From a virus (lineage: Duplodnaviria; Caudoviricetes), in IMG/VR virus record IMGVR_UViG_3300008255_000058, positions 1-39,201 of that record: a DNA stretch of 39,201 nucleotides; one strand, written 5' to 3'. The position numbers and the translations under genes were made by a program. The notes below the pieces were generated by a model. That model did not search any database. It was given only the letters and a program-made list of their open reading frames with translations, and was not told the DNA's origin. Positions 7,654-15,603 of the stretch are shown in pieces. Each line of letters opens with the position of its first letter. The first letter of the stretch is position 1.

Positions 7654-8489
7654 GTGACCACGACAGCAAATATTACCGCAAAGAATGGATGTCCGAAGAT
7701 CAGTGGGATTGCGCCAAGCTTGCGGCGCGCATCTGTGGCGGATTTCACCACATGGGAAAGGTTGCGAATGCCGGGGATGGTGTCTGCTGTGAAATATTCA
7801 AGTCCGATATCGCAACCTTTGACTTCGACGAGATGACTCGAATTGTTGTGCTGGCACATGACGCCTGCATCAGAGTTTCGTTTGGGCGTGCCACTAGAAA
7901 CGCTGAATATGAGGGGAACGAGTACGAGGAACACTACTCGCGTCTGATCCTTCACAAGCGCCAACGCGAAGGCAGCATGACTCAGCGCCACCCAACGCTT
8001 GAAGATCACATTGCGCTCATTCGTGGGGTGGCTCCGGACCCTGCAAAGCTGGCTGAGCCAGACATGTTCTGGGACTGCGACGATCCAGAGCAGCCCTACG
8101 ATAGCATCCAGGAACTGCTGACCGAAATGGATTACGAAGGCGAAGGCCTCGTTGAGGTCCAGCAGGCTATTCAATGCCCGCAGGCCGCGTATCGTTTCAG
8201 GTTCATTGAGGTCGAAGACACAGATGATCGTGAAATTGAAATTGAACAAATCCCAGACGACCAATACCGCGAACTGCGGGTTGCACAGCGCGTGGGATAT
8301 GCTTTTCGGGCCCTGTTTGACGCGCGGGTAAAAAAAGAAGCCGAGCGCCTGCTTGAGGCAGAGGGCAGAGAGAGCCTTAGGATTCGGGCTGACGAGCGGT
8401 ACGAATACATCCCATACCGCGTGAGGGCGCGCTTCGAACGCGAGGCCCGGGCCGCCCTGCTGGCAACGATTGGAGGTCAGGATGACTGA
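7650..8489 (+). CDS. Hypothetical acidic protein
   Basis: GAGG RBS, ATGA coupling, 279-aa ORF. Confidence 0.75.
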   Translation: MSDHDSKYYRKEWMSEDQWDCAKLAARICGGFHHMGKVANAGDGVCCEIFKSDIATFDFDEMTRIVVLAHDACIRVSFGRATRNAEYEGNEYEEHYSRLILHKRQREGSMTQRHPTLEDHIALIRGVAPDPAKLAEPDMFWDCDDPEQPYDSIQELLTEMDYEGEGLVEVQQAIQCPQAAYRFRFIEVEDTDDREIEIEQIPDDQYRELRVAQRVGYAFRALFDARVKKEAERLLEAEGRESLRIRADERYEYIPYRVRARFEREARAALLATIGGQDD

Positions 8490-8718
8490 TAGCCAACGCA
8501 AGATTCCCGATCACACAAGTTTCATTCATGCCGGCCGCAAGGACTGGCGGGACGGCGGCAAACCGCTCTGCGGGATAGGACCTATGGGCTGGTGCTATCT
8601 GGCGCCATCTATCGAAGAATTCTGGAAGAGCGACTATTACCGGCGCTGTCCAAGCTGCGAGGCTCTGACTGAAGTCCGGCAGAAGCTGATCCCCGAAGCA
8701 GGTGACCAGGATGACTAA
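8482..8718 (+). CDS. Hypothetical Cys/His-containing small protein
   Basis: GGAGG RBS, ATG 8482; PLCG...CPSC. Confidence 0.6.
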   Translation: MTDSQRKIPDHTSFIHAGRKDWRDGGKPLCGIGPMGWCYLAPSIEEFWKSDYYRRCPSCEALTEVRQKLIPEAGDQDD

Positions 8719-8971
8719 ACGGATACGCCACCTTGCCACCGAGCTGGCTGTGAAAGCCGTCACCGAGGACGGCACATTCTGTGGCCCGCGACGTGGAGGC
8801 AATATTGCCTTGCAGGTGCGCTTCACCAAAAGCATGAACCCACTCGCTGCGAGCATGCTGCTCACCTTCGAACACCTGCTTTCAGCAGACCGCAAGGAAG
8901 CCGACAAGATCCTCGGGCACCTGCGCGCCGCGTACCGACTGGCGAATAAGTCACCGGAGACGATAGACTGA
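8711..8971 (+). CDS. Hypothetical protein
   Basis: ATG 8711 overlaps the upstream stop; stop abuts the xis start. Confidence 0.55.
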   Translation: MTKRIRHLATELAVKAVTEDGTFCGPRRGGNIALQVRFTKSMNPLAASMLLTFEHLLSADRKEADKILGHLRAAYRLANKSPETID

Positions 8972-9204
8972 TGTCCGCCCGTCCCGTCCTCCTGCAGCGA
9001 CTCTACAAGGCCCCGCACGCGGCGCTCTATCTCGACATGAGTGTGACCAAGTTCCGCGAGCTGGTCACAGCAGGCAGGATTGCGCCGCCGCGCGAAGATG
9101 ACGGGCTGGTCCGCTGGGACGTACGGGATCTCGACGCCTATGCCGACGCATTGCCTTACCGTGGGGAAAGCACCCATACTCCACGCGCCGTGAGGGCAAT
9201 CTGA
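8971..9204 (+). CDS. xis: Excisionase (AlpA/HTH_17-like)
   Basis: AALYLDMSVTKFRELVTAGRIAPP...RWDVRDLD directly upstream of the integrase. Confidence 0.8.
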   Translation: MSARPVLLQRLYKAPHAALYLDMSVTKFRELVTAGRIAPPREDDGLVRWDVRDLDAYADALPYRGESTHTPRAVRAI

Positions 9205-10301
9205 TGGGGCTGGATATGGCAGAACTGCGCAGGCGTTATCCCGGAACACGCTTTGACGTCGACCGGCACGGGAATCCGCGCTGGTACACAATCAACCCAA
9301 AGGGCCGCAAGATCCGCATGCGGGCCTTGCCAGGCAGCGACGCGTGGGTCGGGGAGTACCAGGCGATCCGCGCCGGACTCAACACTCCAGCGACGCCGCC
9401 AGAGCGCGGCAGCGTCGCCGAACTGATCGCCGCCTACATGTCCAGCCCGGAATGGGAACAGTTCGCACCCAACACCCGCCGGTCGCGCAGCCTGATCCTG
9501 AAAAGCATTCGCGCCGACGCCGGAGACCTTAAGGCCTCTGAGGTCACCGCCGCTGACGTGCGCGCGGGTCGCGACAAGCGTCGGGCCACGCCTGCCGCTG
9601 CCAATAACCGCATGAAGATGTACTCCGCGCTTTACAGCTGGGGGATCGAGCACGGCTACGCCACTGTCAATCCCGCGAAAGGCGTCAAACGGCTGGCCAT
9701 GCGCCGTGGCGGGTACCATTCCTGGACCGTCGCCGAATGCCTGAAATATGAAGCGGCCCACCCGGTCGGCACCATGGCGCGCCTGGTCTATGCCCTGGCG
9801 CTTTATACCGCGTCGCGCGGGTCTGACATTCACAGGCTCGGGCCGCAACACATCCAGCCCGACGGTTCGATCCGGATCGAACAGCAGAAGACGCTCGAGG
9901 TCGTCCACCTGCCGGTCGTGCCGCCGCTGCGGGAAGCCATAGACGCCGTGCCGGGCCAGCACCTGACGTTTTGCGTCAATGCGCTGGGACGGCCATTTAC
10001 GATCAAGGGCCTGCAGAACAAGTTCCGCGACTGGTGCGACCAGGCGGGCCTGCCGCAGTGCACCCTGCATGGCCTGCGCAAGGCGCTTGCCGCCCGGCTT
10101 GCCGATCTGGGACTTGATGTGTTCTCGATCGGCGCCGTGACCGGCCACCGGACGCTCTCGGAGATCCAGCGCTATACCGCCGAACGCGACCAGAAAGCCC
10201 TCGCCAAGGCCGCGCTCGAGGGCGCATTCGGGGAACAAAACGTCCCACCCGATTGCCCACCCGATAGAAAAGTGGGCGGAAAGAGCAAAAAAGATGTTTG
10301 A
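9204..10301 (+). CDS. int: Tyrosine integrase
   Basis: LYTASRGSD (R), QQKT (K), LHGLRK (HxxR), TGH, and catalytic Y in QRYT; N-terminal DRHGNPRWY. Confidence 0.95.
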   Translation: MGLDMAELRRRYPGTRFDVDRHGNPRWYTINPKGRKIRMRALPGSDAWVGEYQAIRAGLNTPATPPERGSVAELIAAYMSSPEWEQFAPNTRRSRSLILKSIRADAGDLKASEVTAADVRAGRDKRRATPAAANNRMKMYSALYSWGIEHGYATVNPAKGVKRLAMRRGGYHSWTVAECLKYEAAHPVGTMARLVYALALYTASRGSDIHRLGPQHIQPDGSIRIEQQKTLEVVHLPVVPPLREAIDAVPGQHLTFCVNALGRPFTIKGLQNKFRDWCDQAGLPQCTLHGLRKALAARLADLGLDVFSIGAVTGHRTLSEIQRYTAERDQKALAKAALEGAFGEQNVPPDCPPDRKVGGKSKKDV

Positions 10302-10437
10302 AAACAGCGCGATAAAAACCGGGTGGCAGTCCCTAGGGGAGTCCCGGTTTTCAATAAAATCAATGCTCTACGCTGCCCACTTCGGTTCACGTTCACCGTA
10401 TAGCCTCGGGAACGAACGCAGAAACCGTCCCACTTTT
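10242..10437. other. attP region with a core matching a tRNA-Glu 3' end (10324-10343)
   Basis: - strand GACTCCCCTAGGGACTGCCA (T-arm half, acceptor stem, CCA); flanking IR AAAACCGGG/CCCGGTTTT; CCCAC arm-type repeats; IHF-like AATCAAtgctCTA at 10358. Confidence 0.75.
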
Positions 10438-10472
10438 TTGCAGTATAAATCCTGATTTGGAAAGGACCAATT

Positions 10473-11411
10473 ATGAAACCCGATATCTGCATCTACCATG
10501 GCAATTGCGCCGATTGGTTCACGGCCGCCTGGGCGGTCTGGAAGCGGTTCGGCGATGAGGTCGAGTACGTGCCCGGCGTGTACGGCGAAAGCCCACCGGA
10601 CGTGGCCAGTAAGAACGTCGTCATCGTCGATTTTAGCTACAAGCGGCCAGTATTGGAGGAGATGGCAAAGAGTGCCTATTCAATCCTCGTGCTCGATCAC
10701 CACAAGACGGCAGAATCCGATCTGGTGCAAGGCGGGATTTTCACGGCCATGAGCAAGTGGACTGACCGGTTAGACTGGCCACGCTATGAGGAGAACCTCA
10801 TGCAGGACGAGATGGAAAACGCCGGGTGCCGCATTTACACGGTGTTTGACATGGAGCGGTCCGGCGCCGGCATTACCTGGGACTTCCTGCACCCGAACGA
10901 TGCGCGGCCAAACCTCGTTAGGTATGTCGAAGACCGGGATCTCTGGCGTTTTACCCTCGACCAGTCGCGCGAGGTGAGCGCGTTCATCTTTGCGCATGCC
11001 TACACGTTCGATAACTGGCAAAAAATTAATGCCATTCTCGAGACAGATCGTACCAATGCGGCTGCTGGCGGCCGCGCAATCGAACTGAAACATCACAAGG
11101 ACGTGGCCGAGCTGGTGGCGAAGTTGAGGCGCCCGATGGTGATCGGCGGTCAGCTGGTTCCGGTTGCAAACCTTCCCTACACGCTGACCAGTGATGCCGG
11201 GCATCTGATGTGCGTTGAGCCGCATGAAGGGTCCCTGGCGCCGTTTGCTGCCTGCTATTGGGATCCGCCGGATGGTCGGGTGTTTTCGCTCAGGTCGGCC
11301 GAGGGCGGGTATGACGTTTCCGAAATCGCCAAAGCGTATGGCGGCGGCGGCCACAAGAACGCCGCTGGATTCACCATGCCGATCGGCTGGGAAGGCGATT
11401 CAACAGAATGA
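10473..11411 (+). CDS. DHH/DHHA1-family phosphoesterase
   Basis: YHGNCAD, IVDF, LDHHK, SGA, EDRDLW, SLRS and GGGGHKNAAGF motifs; AAGGA RBS. Confidence 0.9.
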   Translation: MKPDICIYHGNCADWFTAAWAVWKRFGDEVEYVPGVYGESPPDVASKNVVIVDFSYKRPVLEEMAKSAYSILVLDHHKTAESDLVQGGIFTAMSKWTDRLDWPRYEENLMQDEMENAGCRIYTVFDMERSGAGITWDFLHPNDARPNLVRYVEDRDLWRFTLDQSREVSAFIFAHAYTFDNWQKINAILETDRTNAAAGGRAIELKHHKDVAELVAKLRRPMVIGGQLVPVANLPYTLTSDAGHLMCVEPHEGSLAPFAACYWDPPDGRVFSLRSAEGGYDVSEIAKAYGGGGHKNAAGFTMPIGWEGDSTE

Positions 11412-11482
11412 TCGAATAGGCAGACGTCCGGGCTGCCTACGCATTCCCGCCGGACAATCCCCCCAACGAAAAGGAACTTAAT

Positions 11483-11845
11483 ATGTACCCCGATGACTTA
11501 ACAGCTGACCAGATCGCCAAAGATTTCGACCGCAGGGCCGCCTACCGTGTCGGCGGCGAGGCCCAACAAAACGCTCGCCGCGCGCGGCCAACCCTGCCGG
11601 AGATATCCGAACAGGCCGAACACATTGCGGGCTTGACCGCTTCCCTGCACGCCAGCTTCACCCGCCTGCGCGATAACCTGGTCGGATCCGAGCCGCGCCT
11701 GACTGAAGGGCTCGGCAAGGAATCGGTGCCCGATCACGTGCCGCTTGACCAGCTGCACTCGAGCCAGACTGCTACAGTCCGGACGCTGCACCGGTTGATC
11801 GAAATGGTCGACCAAACCCAGGCCGAACTATTCGGCAAGATGTAA
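11483..11845 (+). CDS. Hypothetical helical protein
   Basis: AAGGA RBS; followed by a terminator hairpin. Confidence 0.7.
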   Translation: MYPDDLTADQIAKDFDRRAAYRVGGEAQQNARRARPTLPEISEQAEHIAGLTASLHASFTRLRDNLVGSEPRLTEGLGKESVPDHVPLDQLHSSQTATVRTLHRLIEMVDQTQAELFGKM

Positions 11846-11860
11846 TCCACCTCTAAACGC

Positions 11861-11905
11861 AAAAAGCCCGCCAGCTCGACACCAAAGGCGTCATGCTGGC
11901 GGGCT
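11861..11905 (-). terminator. Terminator at the end of the late operon, possibly bidirectional
   Basis: AGCCCGCCAGC...GCTGGCGGGCT stem with a T5 tract on the - strand, between convergent genes. Confidence 0.7.
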
Positions 11906-12014
11906 CGCTGTTTGACCTTAACTTTACACCCAGGGGGCTGGGGGGGCTGATGGGTCCGGATGCTCGGTACCAATCAAACAGACACCGTTTATATATGGGC
12001 CGATTGCGGCAATG

Positions 12015-12353
12015 CTAGGGCTTTTTCAGGCACCACTCGGCGTACTTCACCGACTCCTCGCTCGCATCATAGATCAGCTGCGCACGCGCCTCGAGGCAAC
12101 TCGACTTCTTGCAGGCGCCATGCATCTCGATCGCGACTGGCCCGGCCGCGCAATACTTCACGCCGGCGTTAAATCGCGACCAGCCATAATCGAGCCAGCA
12201 GACCGCCCAGAGCGCCGCCCAGGTCGACGCCGCGATGAACAGGCCCAGCAGCAGCAGCCGCACGCTCTCGACCACCCAGACCGGCGGCACGATGATCTGA
12301 ACGGCATTTCCTGACGCTTCCCGGGCGATCTGGTTTGCGAGCGATCGCGTCAT
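12015..12353 (-). CDS. Single-TM protein with a Cys-rich C-terminus
   Basis: ATG 12353 overlaps the o-spanin stop; LLLLGLFIAASTWAALWAVCWL. Confidence 0.6.
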   Translation of the reverse strand: MTRSLANQIAREASGNAVQIIVPPVWVVESVRLLLLGLFIAASTWAALWAVCWLDYGWSRFNAGVKYCAAGPVAIEMHGACKKSSCLEARAQLIYDASEESVKYAEWCLKKP

Positions 12354-12652
12354 AGCCGGCAGATCGGCGCGCTGGGGTCGACGCATTCGCAGTAATAGTC
12401 GGTCGCCTTGGCCTCGAGCGCGTCGCGCTTGACCTTCGGCAGGCTGTTGAACACGTCCGCCGGAATAGGCACCGGGCCGGTCAGCGCGCACATCGTGTCG
12501 TGCTCGTGCTCCTGGATCGTCGGCGCGACCTCCTTAATCACTGATGACGTATAGCCGGATCGGCTCTGGCAGCTGGTCAGCAGGAGCATCCCCACTATCA
12601 GGGCGGCTAGCAATACGATCCGCGCGACTCTCTGCACGCTCGAGGCGTTCAT
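12350..12652 (-). CDS. o-spanin (Rz1-like lipoprotein)
   Basis: Signal peptide with an LLTSC lipobox; overlaps the i-spanin 3' end. Confidence 0.75.
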   Translation of the reverse strand: MNASSVQRVARIVLLAALIVGMLLLTSCQSRSGYTSSVIKEVAPTIQEHEHDTMCALTGPVPIPADVFNSLPKVKRDALEAKATDYYCECVDPSAPICRL

Positions 12653-12863
12653 TGGATTCCTCCTTCATTTTGATGACGATCTGGTCGGCCGTTTTTTGCG
12701 CCCGCAGCGTTGCCCGCAGCCGTTCGAGTTTGAGCGCCTGGGCGACGCGCACGCGCACATAGGCCCAGAGCAGCGCCAGGGCGACGCCGATCAGGGCCAC
12801 CGCCTGCGCAGCGGGGTTGTCCTTGAACCAGAGCCAGAGCCCATATCCGAACGGCGCAGGCAT
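12534..12863 (-). CDS. i-spanin (Rz-like)
   Basis: ATG 12863 overlaps the endolysin stop (TGATG); N-terminal TM then coiled coil. Confidence 0.7.
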   Translation of the reverse strand: MPAPFGYGLWLWFKDNPAAQAVALIGVALALLWAYVRVRVAQALKLERLRATLRAQKTADQIVIKMKEESNERLERAESRADRIASRPDSGDAPADQLPEPIRLYVISD

Positions 12864-14119
12864 CAGCCCAGCGGCTCCTGATCGTGCTGGCGTCGGTGAT
12901 AGAGACTTGCCCGACCGTTCCACCACATCACCACACCCAGCACGATCAGAAACAGGCAGAACGCCACGCCCATGTAGATGAACGTCTGCGGCTGCAGGGT
13001 CTCGATCACCTTGCCGACCTTTTCGACATTGCCGACCGCGATCGCCGTGCCACCGGTACCGAGCGTTCCGATCGCGCCGAGTACCGTCGTCTCCTTGCCG
13101 CGCTGCGCCCTGTTGGCATCCTTGCCGCGCTTGGAGTGCTCGAGAAATTTCGGCTCCCTGGTTCCGTCGACTACGACCGCAGGCGCCTTCTTGACCGCCG
13201 CAGGGGCTTTGGCGGGCGCTGGGGCCGGCACGATCGGTTTCGGCGCCGTCGCCGGGATCTGCGGCACCTTGGCACCGAGACCCTTCGCCATGCCCGTATT
13301 GAGCCAGAACGTCTCGCGGTCCGCGGCGGACATGGTCGCCCAATTGTCCGGGATTTCGATCACGACCTGGTTGGGCTTTACCGCAGGCGCTGGCAGGGCC
13401 TTGGAAACTGCTGGCGGAGGCAACGGATAATCGCGAGCGACGCGCAGCACGTCCGCCCAGGGCGTCTTATATGTGACCGTATCGTACCAGCGATTTTTAG
13501 CTGGCTGCCATTCCGGATCAGTCTCGAGATCGATCCTATTGGTCTGCTCATCGATCGCGTCGTGCCCGTCGAGGCTGAGGAAAAGGCAGGCCTCGAGGCA
13601 GCGCCGACGGTAAAGCCCGCGCCAAGCCCGCACCCAGACCATGCCCTGCGTCAACAGGCGACCGTCGGGCCCGGTTTCGGCCCTGCCGATCACATTGCCG
13701 TCGGCGTCGAACTTGTTGCGCACCGTCGCATAGACAAAATCGCCGAACCGCGCCGCCGCATCGTTCCAGCGCTTGGCGTTGACATGCTCGAGCAGCTCAG
13801 ACCCTGCGAGGTCGTCGCTGCCGCAATTGTTCGCGAGCAGGTAGAGCGCGTCCCACTGGTACTGATTCAGGTCAACAGTGACCAGGCGCTGCACCTCGGC
13901 CTCGACCTGGCGCCACTTGTCGCTGGTCTCGACCTCGTACTGGTAATCGGTCATCACCGTTTTAGGCCCGACCTTTGTGCCGTCTGCCAGCATGTGCAGG
14001 CCGTCGCCGATCTGCCAGTTGCCAGCATCGTCCTGGTGCGCTGTCATGATCGTGCCGCCGGCCGGCCGCTCGAATAGTATGTTGACCGCCATGCCGGCGG
14101 CGCTGATTCCTGGCGTCAT
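12863..14119 (-). CDS. GH24 (T4-lysozyme-like) endolysin with a Pro/Ala linker and C-terminal TM segments
   Basis: FE...HQDDAGNWQIGDG, VTVDLNQYQWDAL, NCG, AAARF, GLYRRRCLEACLF; GGAGG RBS fits ATG 14119 (alternative 14125). Confidence 0.85.
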   Translation of the reverse strand: MTPGISAAGMAVNILFERPAGGTIMTAHQDDAGNWQIGDGLHMLADGTKVGPKTVMTDYQYEVETSDKWRQVEAEVQRLVTVDLNQYQWDALYLLANNCGSDDLAGSELLEHVNAKRWNDAAARFGDFVYATVRNKFDADGNVIGRAETGPDGRLLTQGMVWVRAWRGLYRRRCLEACLFLSLDGHDAIDEQTNRIDLETDPEWQPAKNRWYDTVTYKTPWADVLRVARDYPLPPPAVSKALPAPAVKPNQVVIEIPDNWATMSAADRETFWLNTGMAKGLGAKVPQIPATAPKPIVPAPAPAKAPAAVKKAPAVVVDGTREPKFLEHSKRGKDANRAQRGKETTVLGAIGTLGTGGTAIAVGNVEKVGKVIETLQPQTFIYMGVAFCLFLIVLGVVMWWNGRASLYHRRQHDQEPLG

Positions 14120-15603
14120 GGCCATTTGCCTCCCTCGATAATTGTCACCGCCTGATCAGACTCTGCGTCGGTCGCGGTCACCGTCAGCAGACCAGTTTCG
14201 CTGATCTCACAATCAATTCGCAGCACCGGCATTCCAGCTTCGGCAGCTGTCAGCGGGTAGCGGTACTCGGCGAGGAACGTGTTGCCGGCAGCTTGCAGGG
14301 CCCTGCCCTGGAATACGCCGACTGCCAGCTCGCCCTGGCCATCCTGCTCGGGCCCGATGATCACCGAGGCAGCCGTGCCGAATTTCGCGCCTTTGGGGAT
14401 GATCGGCAGGAATGAGCCGCCGGCCGTCTCGATGCCGTAAGCCATGGCGACGATATCAGTATGCCCGAACCGGGCCAGCCGGTTGTCTTTCTTCGCTGCC
14501 TTGATCGCAGCGCCGAGCGCGACGATCTCGTCAGGGTTTACCGTCTTGAGCGGCGCCTTGCCGCCAAAAAAGGCGCGCACCGAGTCACGCACCAGCGGCA
14601 TGCGGGTCATACCGCCGACAAGCACGATATGGTCGATCTCTGTCACCTTGCGGTCGGCATCGGTCAGGCAGGTCGCCGTCGCCTTCAGCGCCCGGCGCAC
14701 ATGGTCCTGCACCAGGTTGTCGAATTCTTCGCGGGTCACTGTGTAGGAAAGGTGCTCGGGCAGGTTCTGGACATTGTCAGCAATAAACGTCTCGCTGACC
14801 ACCGTCGAATTGCGCTCGGTCAACTCGCGCTTTGCTTCCTCGCTCGCCTTGGCCAGCCGCAGCATGGCGATATCGCGGGCGCGCAGGTCGATATCCTTGT
14901 CGGCCTTGTACTTCTGCACCAGGAAGTCGGTCAGGCTGCGGTCGAAATCGAGGCCGCCCAGCTCTTTCTCGCCATTGGTCTCGATCGGCTCGTACTGGCC
15001 CTCGACCCGGTGCATCACCGCGACGTCGAACGTGCCGCCGCCCATGTCGAACACCAGGATAGTCGAATACTTTTCCTCGGGCAGGTCGCAGGCCAGCGCC
15101 GCGGCCATCGGCTCGCCGAGCACCTCGATCTCGGTGAAACCCGCCATGCGGGCCGCCTCGATCGTCGCCGCCTTCTGGTTTTCGTCAAAATAGGCCGGCA
15201 CCGTCACGATCGCGCCTTCAACCGTCTCGCGCAGGTATTCCTCGGCCGCGTCGCGCAACTTGCGCAGCACCAGCGCCGAAATCTGCTCCGGCAGGATCGG
15301 ACCGTCACGCCCGCGCAGCGCCACCTTGCCGAGATCTCCCTCGCAGGTCTGCGGGCCTTGGTCGGCATTGTCGCGCCAGGGCTTGCCGATCAGGCGCTTG
15401 ACGTTGCTGAACGTGTACTGCGTGTTTCGCTTGATCTGGTCGCGGGCCAGCTCGCCCACCAGGATCTCGCCGTCGTCGAGATAAGAAACGACCGACGGCA
15501 GCACGCGGCTGCCATCTGGTAACGGGATCACAAACAGGCTTTGTCCGTCATGGAAGGCGACGCACGAATTCGTCGTGCCAAGGTCTATTCCTACGGTAAT
15601 CAT
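14116..15603 (-). CDS. Hsp70/DnaK-like protein (NBD + SBD-beta, no helical lid)
   Basis: GIDLGTTNS, PSVV, VKRLIG, TVPAYF, EPMAAA, DMGGGTFDV, LGGLDFD, LVGGMTRMP, NPDEIVALGAA, YGIET. Confidence 0.95.
   Translation of the reverse strand: MITVGIDLGTTNSCVAFHDGQSLFVIPLPDGSRVLPSVVSYLDDGEILVGELARDQIKRNTQYTFSNVKRLIGKPWRDNADQGPQTCEGDLGKVALRGRDGPILPEQISALVLRKLRDAAEEYLRETVEGAIVTVPAYFDENQKAATIEAARMAGFTEIEVLGEPMAAALACDLPEEKYSTILVFDMGGGTFDVAVMHRVEGQYEPIETNGEKELGGLDFDRSLTDFLVQKYKADKDIDLRARDIAMLRLAKASEEAKRELTERNSTVVSETFIADNVQNLPEHLSYTVTREEFDNLVQDHVRRALKATATCLTDADRKVTEIDHIVLVGGMTRMPLVRDSVRAFFGGKAPLKTVNPDEIVALGAAIKAAKKDNRLARFGHTDIVAMAYGIETAGGSFLPIIPKGAKFGTAASVIIGPEQDGQGELAVGVFQGRALQAAGNTFLAEYRYPLTAAEAGMPVLRIDCEISETGLLTVTATDAESDQAVTIIEGGKWP

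Noticed and set aside
10410-10424. GAAC-N7-GAAA, near an alphaproteobacterial LexA box, upstream of the DHH gene
   Set aside because: One mismatch in an 8-bp consensus within attP arm DNA; too weak to call
11933-11953. G-rich run before the late terminator
   Set aside because: Short, with no supporting ORF or repeat; a G-quadruplex role would be speculation
14461-15522. 353-aa + strand ORF antisense to Hsp70
   Set aside because: This is the known shadow frame opposite dnaK genes, often mis-annotated as NAD-specific glutamate dehydrogenase; it arises from codon bias and has no independent support
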